The notes beneath the pieces were generated by a model. The model was not told where the DNA came from. It saw only the letters and a list, made by a program, of their open reading frames with translations, and made no database searches. The position numbers and the translations under genes are program-made. A stretch of DNA of 63,920 nt, counting the filler, from Limisphaerales bacterium (GTDB taxonomy: Bacteria; Verrucomicrobiota; Verrucomicrobiia; Limisphaerales; SIBE01), in assembly GCA_044225505.1 (NCBI GenBank). It is 7 parts of 7 records of this genome, joined end to end, with 100 filler letters (N's around TTAATTAATTAA, not from the genome) between each part and the next. Parts side by side here need not be neighbours in the genome. Positions count along the whole stretch, not along the records: positions 29,542 to 39,186 come from JBGAIN010000234.1; positions 39,287 to 48,913 come from JBGAIN010000235.1; 5 more parts are not named here. The stretch is one strand, 5' to 3'. Positions 29,544 through 39,909 of this stretch are shown here, piece after piece; the stretch's first letter is position 1; the number at the start of each line of letters is the position of its first letter.

Positions 29544-31517
29544 CCCTTGCTGGCAGAAGTCGTGGGGTCTTCATTGAACGCGATCGACGTCATCGTGCCG
29601 CTGCGGCAGTTGCTCCCGCAGCTCTACTGTCGAACCGAGGCGGTGCAGAACGTCGATTTTGAGAAGCGCCAGGTTGAGTATACCGGTGAGAATGGGGGGA
29701 CGCATCAGTTCTCGTATGACCATTTGGTGCTGGCTTGCGGGAATGTGACCAATCTGAATGTGGTGCCAGGGATGGTCGATCACGGATTCCCGCTGAAGAC
29801 CGTGGCCGACGCAGTCGAGTTGCGCTCGCACATCATGGAGCAGATGGAGCGTGCGGAAGTGGCCCGAGATCTGGAACGACGCCAACGCCATTTGACGTTC
29901 ATTGTGGTTGGAGGTGGGTTTAGCGGCGCTGAAGCCGCGGGGGAAGTGAACGACCTGGTACGAAGCAGCGCCCGCTATTTTCGCAACTGGCACAGAGATC
30001 AGGTGCGTGTGATCCTGGTGCATTCGCGCGATCAGATCCTGCCGGAGATCAGTCCGAAGCTTCGCGATTTCGCAGGACGTGAGATGGAACGGGCTGGGGT
30101 CACGATTTTATATAACGCGCGAGTGAGTCTGGCGACGCCAGACGGAGTCGGCTTGCAGAGCGGGGAGTTTATCCGAGGTGGGACGATCATCTGCACGGTG
30201 GGAAGTTCGAGTTCCCCGGTGGTCGATCGGATGAACCTGGCCAAGGAGAAAGGCCGAATCCTGACTGAGCTGGACATGCGGGTCCGCGGGCGCAGCCACG
30301 AATGGGCGATCGGCGATTGCGCAGAGATTCGGAACACGTATGACCAGCAGATTTCGCCGACCACGGGGCAATTCGCGGAGCGTCAGGGGAGGCAATGCGC
30401 GTTGAATATTGTCCGGGTCCTGCGCGGGAAACCGACGCGTCCGTTTAATTTCCAGCAACTGGGCGAGCTCTGCTCGATTGGAGGTCACAAAGCGGTGGCC
30501 GACTTGTTGGGAATGCAGTTGTCCGGGTTTATCGCGTGGTTCATCTGGCGCGGGGTGTATCTTTTCAAGTTGCCTTCCTGGGCGCGACGTTTTCAGGTGG
30601 GGTTCGACTGGGCGTGGCTGCTGCTTTATCCGAGAGACCTGGCGCATGTCAGAAGCAATCGGACCGACCGTGTCACGCATGCCCACTACCGCGCTGGGGA
30701 TGTCATTATGGAACGGGGAGATCCTGCGACGAACTTCTACGTGATCGAGAAGGGTGAAGTGGAAGTCGTCCGTGAAACCGAGAAAGATACCGCGGGTCGG
30801 GTCATCGCGGTGCTGGGCGCAGGTTCTTTTTTTGGCGAAAAGGCGCTGATGAGTAACGAACCGCGCGTGTCCACTGTGCGAGCGCGGTGCGATGTGGATG
30901 TCCTGATTCTCGGGAAGAATGTTTTCACCCAGATCTCCGGAGCATTAGTTCCGTTTCGGGATGCGCTCGCGCAAACGCTCAATCGCCGCTTGATCGATCC
31001 GTGGAAGGAGCAGCCGCAAGTTTTGGAGCTTCTCCGGCGAACCAAGCTCCGGGAACTGATGGAGCCAGTGCCGGAACCTTTGCTTCGATCGACGAGTACG
31101 CTCGCGGAGATGAGTCGCGCCGTGGTGGAACGAGGCAACGAGTTTTTCTACGTGACCAACGAGGCGGGGCGTTTGGAAGGGGTGGTTACGATGACGGATT
31201 TGTTACGAGGACGATCGGCTGGTTCGACGACCAACACTCCGGTTAGCGAGTTCATGACGCGAGACCCTGTGGCGTTGGCGGCGGACGACGATTGTGCCAT
31301 CGCTGCGGCCGCAATGCGCGAGTATCGGCTAAAGAGTTTGCCGATTGTCGATCAAAAGGGAAGTCGGCGCGTAGTTGGCTGCCTACGGATACGTCGGTTG
31401 ATGGGTTTTATCTTCCAGGGAACTGGGTATCCGAGTGAAGGAACGGCCAGACCGGTGGATTCGGAGACAGCGGTCAGAGAACAAGGGGCGGCGTCCAGGG
31501 CCGAACGGAGGGCCTAG
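29544..31517 (+). CDS. ndh: Type II NADH dehydrogenase-like flavoprotein fused to cNMP-binding and CBS-pair domains, 5' truncated
   Basis: YDHLVLACG, VVGGGFSGAEAAGE, WAIGDCA, GQFAERQG, AWFIWRGVYLFKLP; cNMP domain FYVIEKGEVEV..FFGEKAL..PRVSTVRA; CBS segments GVVTMTDL and PVSEFMTRD. Confidence 0.88.
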   Translation, partial: PLLAEVVGSSLNAIDVIVPLRQLLPQLYCRTEAVQNVDFEKRQVEYTGENGGTHQFSYDHLVLACGNVTNLNVVPGMVDHGFPLKTVADAVELRSHIMEQMERAEVARDLERRQRHLTFIVVGGGFSGAEAAGEVNDLVRSSARYFRNWHRDQVRVILVHSRDQILPEISPKLRDFAGREMERAGVTILYNARVSLATPDGVGLQSGEFIRGGTIICTVGSSSSPVVDRMNLAKEKGRILTELDMRVRGRSHEWAIGDCAEIRNTYDQQISPTTGQFAERQGRQCALNIVRVLRGKPTRPFNFQQLGELCSIGGHKAVADLLGMQLSGFIAWFIWRGVYLFKLPSWARRFQVGFDWAWLLLYPRDLAHVRSNRTDRVTHAHYRAGDVIMERGDPATNFYVIEKGEVEVVRETEKDTAGRVIAVLGAGSFFGEKALMSNEPRVSTVRARCDVDVLILGKNVFTQISGALVPFRDALAQTLNRRLIDPWKEQPQVLELLRRTKLRELMEPVPEPLLRSTSTLAEMSRAVVERGNEFFYVTNEAGRLEGVVTMTDLLRGRSAGSTTNTPVSEFMTRDPVALAADDDCAIAAAAMREYRLKSLPIVDQKGSRRVVGCLRIRRLMGFIFQGTGYPSEGTARPVDSETAVREQGAASRAERRA

Positions 31518-31793
31518 TGTGCTGTCCCCTAATTCCGTAAGCTTTCGCGGCAAGGAGTTTTGCCTCGTCCGCAAGGCGCGAGTGAGGCGCATCCCCGTCC
31601 CGACAGGTCGGGAGAATGAGCGAGCCACGCCGCGGGCGGGCAAAAAAACTGCCGCCCAAAGGGTTGCGCTGAAAACGGGTCCTGGCTTCGTTGCTCCTCG
31701 GTCAGAGAGCACTGCGGCTATCCTCCGTCGTCACGCCTCGCCAGGAACCCATTGTGAGCGCAACGAAAGCCTGCGGAATTAGGGGACTGCACA
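31518..31793. mobile_element. MITE-like non-autonomous element (276 bp)
   Basis: 34-bp terminal IRs at 31518-31551 and 31760-31793 (29/34 match); flanked by CTAG and CCAG; no transposase. Confidence 0.8.
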
Positions 31794-31858
31794 CCAGGAG
31801 CCTGTCACGATTACCTGTGACGGGCGGGCGCTCTTGGATGAGTGCCGAAGCCCCTGGC

Positions 31859-32578
31859 CTACTGCAAGCCATTGCCCATGGCCATCCCGCCCGGGCCTGA
31901 GGTGTCCCTCGTCGGAAACCAAAATCGTTTGGATTTCGCAGCCAGGTCGTATTGCGCTTTCTTCAGCTTGGTGAGGTGAAGGTCCGCGAAGATCAGATGG
32001 CCCCGTTGATTGTGCCACGACGCGAGCGTGTGAACCTGGAAGGAAGGACCGACAATCCCGGAGTAATCGTTCGTGGCGAGATTCGGCTCCATATAAAGCA
32101 TGGTAGTGGCGGGCTCGAGAAAGGTTGATAGGTCGGTCGCGTGGCAGATGCCACAATTCATGGCGAAGCTATAGTCTCGAGGCTTGTTAACCGAGCCGAA
32201 TCCCGCGGGGCCCGGGGCTGTGATCTTGCCTCGGCCACTGCGCCGCAAGGTATCTGTCGGGCAAGTATAAACGGGCTTGGATTTCAGGTAAGGATAGAGT
32301 CGGCCACTCGTGAGGTCTCCGGCTTTGGTGTAAAGCCAGTTGCGGAACGAAGGAAGGTGGCCGTTGAAGTCCATCGAGTAGGTCATCGACGCCAGGCCGA
32401 TTTGCCGAAGGTTGTTCGCGCAGACCGCAGCGCGTCCGGATTCTTTGGCTCGGCTGAGGCTTGGCAAGAGGAGGCTGGCCAGAATTGCGATGATGGCAAT
32501 CACCACGAGCAATTCGATGAGCGTAAACGCTCGGGTCCAACTTGGGAATCCATCACGTCGCACACTCATAGAATCCAT
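31859..32578 (-). CDS. Prepilin-type N-terminal cleavage/methylation protein (DUF1559/H-X9-DG class)
   Basis: [37 protein letters not shown]; variant C-terminal motif [13 protein letters not shown]. Confidence 0.9.
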   Translation of the reverse strand: MDSMSVRRDGFPSWTRAFTLIELLVVIAIIAILASLLLPSLSRAKESGRAAVCANNLRQIGLASMTYSMDFNGHLPSFRNWLYTKAGDLTSGRLYPYLKSKPVYTCPTDTLRRSGRGKITAPGPAGFGSVNKPRDYSFAMNCGICHATDLSTFLEPATTMLYMEPNLATNDYSGIVGPSFQVHTLASWHNQRGHLIFADLHLTKLKKAQYDLAAKSKRFWFPTRDTSGPGGMAMGNGLQ

Positions 32579-32835
32579 TTGCGCAATGGTTTTAGGAACC
32601 GGGTATTAATGGGACGGGAATACTTTGACCCAAGTTGGGGAGATTGTCCGCAAAGAAATTTGTAACGGTTCGGAGAGTCGGAGGGGTGGTGGATGAGCTC
32701 TGGCTAAAAAGCTTGGGGATGAGCAAAAGGCAACAGCCACAATCCGCACCGGCGAAAGGGAGCTAGGGCTCGGGCTGTGCGTAAAATTCTATTCATCAAT
32801 TAGATACGGTTTTCGAGACGATGCTGAAATTGCCG

Positions 32836-32851
32836 TGGCATCTCGGTTGCT
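32836..32851 (+). promoter_or_regulatory. Sigma54 (RpoN) promoter of glnK-amtB-amtB
   Basis: TGGCA-TCTCGG-TTGCT, exact GG-N10-GC spacing, about 190 nt upstream of the P-II ATG. Confidence 0.8.
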
Positions 32852-32987
32852 AAGTGGAAGATGCTCATATCTCTCCTGAACGGAATATGCCGATTGAGCG
32901 GCGATCTTCCGGGGACGTACGGGCTTCGAAAAGACTTTAGGATTCACTGGACAACTAGGTGAGGGCAGGAACCGAAGCGTGCCGTGA

Positions 32988-33377
<390 letters not shown>

Positions 33378-33416
33378 GTTTGCTGCGTTGGCACTGTTAA
33401 CGATCCAAATCTACCT

Positions 33417-34949
33417 ATGAAACACTTGATCCTCTCTTGGTTTTTAGCCGCGTCGATGCTGTTGGTTGCTGCCACCGCGCGTGCGGCGGATGCTCCAGCA
33501 CCTGCCGCCCCCACGATTGAGCAACGCATTGCTGATCTGGAGGCCTACGTTACGAATGGCGCCCGGCAGACGAACGGTCCCACCGCCCTGGAGAAAGTGG
33601 CCGGACCGGGGCATAACGCTTGGCAAATGACCTGTACCGCTCTGGTTCTGTTCATGACGCTGCCTGGCCTGGCGCTTTTCTACGGCGGTCTCGTGCGCCG
33701 AAAGAACGTGCTTTCGGTGCTGGCGCAATGTCTGGGCATTGCAGGCTTGGTCTCGATTCTCTGGTGGTTATGCGGCTATAGCATTTCCTTCCACGCCGGG
33801 AAATCGTTTTGGGGATCATTAGATTGGGCATTTCTCCGTGGCGTGGATTCGACACCCAACACCGACTACGGCGCTTGGGTTTCTCACAACGTCTTTTCCA
33901 TGTATCAGTTGATGTTCGCGATCATTACGCCTGCGCTGATCATCGGCGCCATCGCTGAACGCATGAAGTACTCAGCGATTCTCCTCTTTGTGACGATCTG
34001 GATGTTTGTGGTGTATTTCCCGCTCGCGCACATGGTCTGGGGCGTGGACGGCATGATGAATGGAGTTTGGAACAAGGACGCGGCCATCAAAGCGGTTGAT
34101 TTTGCTGGTGGCACCGTGGTGCACATGTCTTCCGGTTGGTCTGCGCTGATCCTCTGCTTGATCCTTGGTAAACGCATGGGTTTCGGCAAGGAGCCAATGC
34201 CGCCGCATAGCATGGTCTTGTGCATGGTTGGGACGGGAATGCTGTGGGTGGGATGGTACGGATTTAACGCCGGCAGCGCCGTGGCGGCCGACGGCGTCGC
34301 CGCGAACGCCTTCATGACCACGACGCTGGCGACGGCAGTGGCTTCGTTCGTCTGGGCAACCGCGGAGTACATCCTGAAAGGCAAACCGAGTATCTTGGGC
34401 TTTTGCTCCGGGGCGGTGGGTGGATTGGTCGTCATCACTCCGGCGTGCGGCTTCGTGAACAGCAATGGCGCCATGCTCATCGGAGTGGCAGCGGGTCTGG
34501 TCCCCTTCTTCGCTTGTTACAAGCTCAAAGGCTGGCTTGGGTATGACGACGCGTTGGATACCTTCGGCGTGCATGCTGTGGGTGGAACATTGGGAGCGTT
34601 TCTCACTGGGTTTCTCGCGACGCCGGAAGTGAACGCCAACCTCTCGCTGAATCTGGCCGACGTGGTGGGCAAGACCCTGTGGCTTGAACAGCTCAAGGCG
34701 ATCGGTCTGACCTTGGTGATGGCGATCATCGGAACGACGGTGATTGCTTATCTGGTGAACGCGATTGTCGGTCTGCGCGTGGATGAGGAGACGGAATCGG
34801 TGGGGCTGGATTTGGCCGAACATGGCGAAGAAGCTTACCACGCGAGCGCTATGAGTGGTCATATGAGCCGCCCGAGCGAGTCGTCCGCGTTGGGCTTGGA
34901 AGGACTTGGGGAAGCGATGCGCCGGCCTCGAGGTAACGAAGCAGTGTAA
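33417..34949 (+). CDS. amtB: Ammonium transporter (copy 1)
   Basis: PGLALFYGG, YQLMFAII, DFAGGTVVH, GWYGFN, DDALDTFGVH, GLDLAEHGEEAY. Confidence 0.96.
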   Translation: MKHLILSWFLAASMLLVAATARAADAPAPAAPTIEQRIADLEAYVTNGARQTNGPTALEKVAGPGHNAWQMTCTALVLFMTLPGLALFYGGLVRRKNVLSVLAQCLGIAGLVSILWWLCGYSISFHAGKSFWGSLDWAFLRGVDSTPNTDYGAWVSHNVFSMYQLMFAIITPALIIGAIAERMKYSAILLFVTIWMFVVYFPLAHMVWGVDGMMNGVWNKDAAIKAVDFAGGTVVHMSSGWSALILCLILGKRMGFGKEPMPPHSMVLCMVGTGMLWVGWYGFNAGSAVAADGVAANAFMTTTLATAVASFVWATAEYILKGKPSILGFCSGAVGGLVVITPACGFVNSNGAMLIGVAAGLVPFFACYKLKGWLGYDDALDTFGVHAVGGTLGAFLTGFLATPEVNANLSLNLADVVGKTLWLEQLKAIGLTLVMAIIGTTVIAYLVNAIVGLRVDEETESVGLDLAEHGEEAYHASAMSGHMSRPSESSALGLEGLGEAMRRPRGNEAV

Positions 34950-34980
34950 GAGTCGTGACCCTATAACTGACGGAAAACCA

Positions 34981-36405
34981 ATGAGAATTCGAACGTTCTT
35001 GCTCATCGCTCTCGGGATACTCACGTGTCTCGGCAGTGCCTGGGCCGATCAGACGAACGCCACGCCCAGCCTGGAAGATAGGATTAGTGATCTGGAAGCC
35101 TACGTGATCAACGGCGCGCGACAGACCAATGCGGCGACCGCCTTGGCGGTCACCGCGGGTCCGGGCCATAACGCCTGGCAAATGACCTGCACCGCCCTGG
35201 TGCTGTTCATGACCTTGCCAGGGTTGGCCCTGTTCTACGGCGGCTTGGTTCGTCGCAAAAACGCCCTCTCGGTCTTGGCTCAATGCCTAGGCGCGGCAGG
35301 TCTCGTCACGATCATCTGGTGGCTCTGCGGCTATAGCATCGCCTTTCATCCCGGCCGTCCATTCTGGGGAAGCTTGGATTGGGCGATGCTGCGTGGAGTG
35401 GATTCGAAACCGAACACGGATTACAGCGCCTGGGTCTCTCACAACGTGTTCTCGATGTATCAGTTGATGTTCGCTATCATCACGCCGGCGCTCATTGTCG
35501 GCGCGATTGCGGAGCGCATGCGCTATTCAGCCGTGCTGCTCTTCATTACCCTCTGGATGTTCGTCGTTTATCTTCCCTTGGCCCACATGGTCTGGGGCGT
35601 GGACGGCATGATGAACGGGGTTTGGAATAAGGATGCCACCATCAAAGCGATCGACTTCGCTGGCGGGACGGTCGTCCACATGTCCTCCGGTTGGTCGGCG
35701 CTCGTTCTCTGCTTGATCCTGGGCAAGCGCTTGGGTTTCGGCAAAGAAGTCATGGCTCCTCATAGTATGACGCTGTGTATGATTGGCACGGGCATGCTCT
35801 GGGTGGGATGGTACGGTTTCAACGCGGGCAGCGCGGTTGCCGCGGATGGGGTCGCGGCCAACGCGTTCCTGACCACGACACTGGCGACCGCGGTGGCGAG
35901 CTTTGTGTGGCCGGTGATCGAGTGGATCATTAAAGGCCGGCCAAGCGTCCTGGGCTTCTGCTCCGGCGCGGTGGCGGGACTGGTGGTGATTACGCCCGCG
36001 TGTGGCTTCGTGGATTCGACCGGTGCGATTCTCATTGGCATCGCGGCCGGTGTGATCCCGTGGTTCTTCTGTTACAAGGTGAAGGGCTGGTTCGGGTATG
36101 ACGATGCCCTTGACACCTTCGGGGTCCACGCGGTGGGGGGAACCTTGGGCGCCTTCTTAACGGGCATCCTGGCAACCAGCAAAGTCAATGCGAACCTTGA
36201 CTTGAATCTCAAGGACGTCGTCGGCCACACCCTGTGGCTAGAGCAGCTCAAAGCCATCGGCTTGACGCTGGCGCTGGCGATTATCGGCACGACGATTCTG
36301 GCATTCGTCGTGAAGGCGGTCATGGGCCTGCGCGTCAGCGAAGAGGTGGAGACCATCGGTCTCGACCTAGCCGAACACGGCGAAGAGGCCTATCACGGAG
36401 TTTAA
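34981..36405 (+). CDS. amtB: Ammonium transporter (copy 2)
   Basis: Same motif set as copy 1; start set at ATG 34981 with a signal peptide. Confidence 0.96.
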   Translation: MRIRTFLLIALGILTCLGSAWADQTNATPSLEDRISDLEAYVINGARQTNAATALAVTAGPGHNAWQMTCTALVLFMTLPGLALFYGGLVRRKNALSVLAQCLGAAGLVTIIWWLCGYSIAFHPGRPFWGSLDWAMLRGVDSKPNTDYSAWVSHNVFSMYQLMFAIITPALIVGAIAERMRYSAVLLFITLWMFVVYLPLAHMVWGVDGMMNGVWNKDATIKAIDFAGGTVVHMSSGWSALVLCLILGKRLGFGKEVMAPHSMTLCMIGTGMLWVGWYGFNAGSAVAADGVAANAFLTTTLATAVASFVWPVIEWIIKGRPSVLGFCSGAVAGLVVITPACGFVDSTGAILIGIAAGVIPWFFCYKVKGWFGYDDALDTFGVHAVGGTLGAFLTGILATSKVNANLDLNLKDVVGHTLWLEQLKAIGLTLALAIIGTTILAFVVKAVMGLRVSEEVETIGLDLAEHGEEAYHGV

Positions 36406-36437
36406 ACGACGCTTGGTGGGTGGGGGAGGGGATAGCC

Positions 36438-36468
36438 AAGGCGCGGACTTTTAAGTCCGCGCCTTTTT
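36438..36468 (+). terminator. Rho-independent terminator
   Basis: AAGGCGCGGACTT-TT-AAGTCCGCGCCTT followed by TTT, downstream of amtB copy 2. Confidence 0.85.
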
Positions 36469-36668
36469 CATTGGGAAGTCGCGCCTCGTTCTGGCCTGCG
36501 AATCCAGGCCGCTGAGAACGTCGGCCACCAGTCGTCATGGGAGACGGCAGTCCCAACGACTTTCTTTTGTCGTCCCTGCCATTCGCCTTCTGACGCTGCG
36601 CCGCAGGTGCGTGCTGGTAGGATGTGCTGCTCGCAGTATTTCGGCCATGCCAGCGGCCGCGACACCGA

Positions 36669-37286
36669 TCAGAGTTCAGCGAGCCGGATGTTGCGGAACT
36701 TGACGCTGCATTTGGCATCGTGGTTCTGCAGCCCAATGTAACCGCGCAATGAGCGCTCACCGCTATACTCGACGACGCGTTCTCCATTCAAGGTCACGTC
36801 GATGCGGGAACCGTGGCAGTGAATTCGAACGTGGTTCCATTCCCCTGCGGCCTTCGCGACATTCTTAGCGGGCGCCACAACGTCGTAAAGAGCGCCGCTG
36901 CCACCTTTTCGAGGCTGACTGCCCGCGTCATCCACGATCTGCATTTCATAGCCGGTAAATGTCGGGTTCTTGTCCAGCCGCGACCGAAAATGAATTCCGC
37001 TATTCCCTTTGGCGCTGATGGCATAGTCCAGCTCGAGCACGAAATCCCCATACTCGCGTTCGGTGCGCAGCCAGGAACCGCTGACCTCCGGGTTAGTGCT
37101 CCAGTTGGTGCCGTTCCGCCCCACGAGCACTCCGTCTTCTACGGACCATTCGCCCCCGTGCATCCTCACCCATCCGGACAAGTCCCGTCCGTTGAATAAA
37201 GGCTTGAGGTCGAGCGGATCGGCAGGACGGACGGTGAGAGTGACGAACAGGACTGATAGCGACAACGCGATTCGGAATGGTCTCAT
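36669..37286 (-). CDS. DUF1080 (3-keto-disaccharide hydrolase family) secreted protein
   Basis: LFNGRDLSGW, GNSGIHFR, YEMQIVD, GEWN, GYIGLQNH..VKFRNIRL. Confidence 0.92.
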   Translation of the reverse strand: MRPFRIALSLSVLFVTLTVRPADPLDLKPLFNGRDLSGWVRMHGGEWSVEDGVLVGRNGTNWSTNPEVSGSWLRTEREYGDFVLELDYAISAKGNSGIHFRSRLDKNPTFTGYEMQIVDDAGSQPRKGGSGALYDVVAPAKNVAKAAGEWNHVRIHCHGSRIDVTLNGERVVEYSGERSLRGYIGLQNHDAKCSVKFRNIRLAEL

Positions 37287-37475
37287 TAAGAGTTGCTAGC
37301 ACGGGTGCGCATTGGCTTCAAGAGACATCGAAAATTCGACCCCAAACGAACAGGGAGCGCTCCCCGCACGCGATGTCTGGTGGGGCGGTAAAGGGTTTGC
37401 TCTCTAGGGAAGCATCGGGTTCCGCATTGACACTGAAGAACGCCCCTGAATAGGGTGTATACGGTTGCAGACTTG

Positions 37476-38285
37476 ATGGTTCCCCCAGATTCAACACCGG
37501 CCAAGCCATCGAACGCTCCTGCTTCGGACGAAACTTCCGCCACGACGGGGAGACCTGCGGGGCAGGAAAAGTCGGAGTGGTTCGCCACGACGCATTGGAG
37601 TGTTGTGGTCACGGCTGCCCAGGGGCGATCGCTCGAGGCGGCGGCGGCGTTGGAGTCTCTCTGCCGCGCCTACTGGTTGCCCCTTTACAGCTACGTGCGC
37701 CGCCGTGGGTATGGCCCGCACGACGCGCTCGACTTGACCCAGGGTTTCTTTGCGTTGCTGCTGGAGCGGAACGATATCGCCATCGCTGACCCGCAACGGG
37801 GGAGGTTTCGCTCATTCCTCTTAAGCTCGTTGAACCATTTCTTGGCGAATCAGTACGACCGTTCGATGGCGGCCAAGCGAGGGGGAGGGCGGATGATCAT
37901 TTCACTGGACGACGAGACCATCGAGAACAAATACGCTTACGAACCTTCGACCGACCTGTCCCCGGACAAACTCTACGAGCAGCGTTGGGCCCTGGCGGTG
38001 ATGGAACAAGCTTTGGAAGCGTTGCGCAGCGAACTTGCCCGAGCTGGCAAAGACGAGCACTTCCGGCTCATGAAAGACTTTCTGTCGCGCGAGCCGGTGG
38101 CGGGAGAGTACCGGCGGGTGGGTGAGGCGTTAGGGATGAGTGATGGCGCCGTCGCGGTGGCGGTGCACCGGTTGCGGCAGCGCTATCGGGAGCTGGTGAG
38201 GCAAACCGTGGCGCAAACGGTTGCCAGCCCGGCCGAGATCGACGATGAAATGCGACATCTTCTAAGCTTATTACGCGCTTGTTAG
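37476..38285 (+). CDS. ECF sigma factor, kinase-associated PVC type
   Basis: FATTHWSVV, AYWLPLYSYVRRRG, DALDLTQGFF, GRFRSFL, VAVAVHRLRQRY. Confidence 0.9.
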   Translation: MVPPDSTPAKPSNAPASDETSATTGRPAGQEKSEWFATTHWSVVVTAAQGRSLEAAAALESLCRAYWLPLYSYVRRRGYGPHDALDLTQGFFALLLERNDIAIADPQRGRFRSFLLSSLNHFLANQYDRSMAAKRGGGRMIISLDDETIENKYAYEPSTDLSPDKLYEQRWALAVMEQALEALRSELARAGKDEHFRLMKDFLSREPVAGEYRRVGEALGMSDGAVAVAVHRLRQRYRELVRQTVAQTVASPAEIDDEMRHLLSLLRAC

Positions 38286-38438
38286 ATTCGCGGGGCTGTT
38301 GCGCGTGGGTGTGCCAGGCCGCGTGGGGAATGCGATCTGGTTTGGTCGGAGCTCATCGGAGGATCGAGGCCGCGATGATTCGTTGATTCTCTGTAATCGG
38401 CGCCTCCGAATTCTTCATGCATAAGTGAATACAGCGAC

Positions 38439-39186
38439 ATGACTGGATTACCCGGTTGCCAAAAATGCGGCGCCTCTCTCTCAATGAGTCTTTTGGGGCT
38501 ATGTCCCAAATGTCTCGGGTCACTGGCATTTGGGGATCCTGGCGCCGATTTCCTGGGGAACGATCGATCACCGCTTTCCTTGGGACTGGTGCCTAAGTTG
38601 GGCGAGTACGAGTTATTGGAAGAGATTGCTCGGGGCGGGATGGGAATTGTCTTCAAGGCCCGTCAAGCCAAGCTGGATCGCATCGTTGCTGTCAAAATGA
38701 TCCTGGCGGGACCGTTTGCCAGCGGTGAGTTCGTGCAACGCTTTCGGACGGAAGCTCGTGCCGCCGCGAGCTTGCACCACCCGAATATCGTGGCGATTCA
38801 CGAAGTGGGCGAGTCGGACGGGCACCATTTCTTCTCCATGGAGTATATCCAGGGGGCGACTTTGGCGGACCTTGTCAAGCAAGGGCCATTGGAGCCCGAG
38901 CGGGCCGCGCGTTACTTGAGAATAATCGCCGACGCCATTCAGTACGCCCATGAACGAGGAACCTTGCACCGGGATCTCAAGCCTTCGAACGTTCTCATCG
39001 ATGGGGCGGATCAGCCTCGTGTGACGGATTTCGGCCTGGCGAAACAATTGAACAGCAGCGTCGATCTGACGGTCACCGGGCAAGCGCTGGGATCGCCAAC
39101 TTATATGCCGCCTGAGCAGGCGGCGGGACGCCAGGAAGAAATTGGGCCCGCTAGCGACGTCTACTCTTTGGGAGCCGTTCTTTACC
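38439..39186 (+). CDS. Hanks-type Ser/Thr kinase with N-terminal Cys4 motif, 3' truncated
   Basis: CQKC..LCPKCL; IARGGMGIVF, VAVK, HRDLKPSN, DFGLAK, YMPPEQ, SDVYSLG. Confidence 0.93.
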
Positions 39187-39286
39187 NNNNNNNNNNNNNN
39201 NNNNNNNNNNNNNNNNNNNNNNNNNNNNNNTTAATTAATTAANNNNNNNNNNNNNNNNNNNNNNNNNNNNNNNNNNNNNNNNNNNN
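39187..39286. other. Artificial contig linker
   Basis: N44-TTAATTAATTAA-N44. Confidence 0.99.
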
Positions 39287-39287
39287 T

Positions 39288-39803
39288 CTCCTGCCGCTGG
39301 TCTACGCTGAGCTGCGCCGTCTTGCGGCCGCTCGCTTGGCGAGTGAGCAGCAAAACCAGACGCTGCAGCCGACGGCGCTCGTGCACGAGGCTTGGCTACG
39401 ATTGAACGGGCCCGACCCCGTGACCTGGGCTAATCAAGCTCATTTTTTTGCCGCGGCCGCAGAAGCCATGCGTCGCATCTTGATCGACCGCGCCCGCAGC
39501 AAAGCGCGGCTGAAGCGTCACGGCGGCCAGCGTTTGGATGTCGAGGAAGTCGAACTCTCCGTTGAGCACCAGGAGGAGAGACTGCTCTTGGTTGAGGAAG
39601 CGCTGGAACTATTGAAATTGGAGGATCCGGAGAAGGCGAAGATTGTCGTGCTGAAGTTTTACGGTGGACTGACCAATGAGGAAGTAGCCCGGACCCTGCA
39701 AATTACCGAGCGCACTGTGGAGAGGAAATGGTCCTATGCGAAGGCTTGGCTGTACCATCGGATTCGGGCCGAGGGGGGCTTGAAGGGAGGGCGCGCGCCG
39801 TAG
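39288..39803 (+). CDS. ECF sigma factor, TIGR02999/ECF43 type, 5' truncated
   Basis: LLPLVYAELRRLA..TLQPTALVHEAWLRL..HFFAAAAEAMRRILIDRAR..TVERKWSYAKAWL. Confidence 0.92.
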   Translation, partial: LLPLVYAELRRLAAARLASEQQNQTLQPTALVHEAWLRLNGPDPVTWANQAHFFAAAAEAMRRILIDRARSKARLKRHGGQRLDVEEVELSVEHQEERLLLVEEALELLKLEDPEKAKIVVLKFYGGLTNEEVARTLQITERTVERKWSYAKAWLYHRIRAEGGLKGGRAP

Positions 39804-39909
39804 CCCTTGAGCTGAGGAGTGGGGACGTCACTCCGTGCTCGAGCCGATGGTGACGGCGCGTGAGCAGCGCCGAGTCTCCCGCGATGTCAATCATGATCGA
39901 GCTGTTAAA

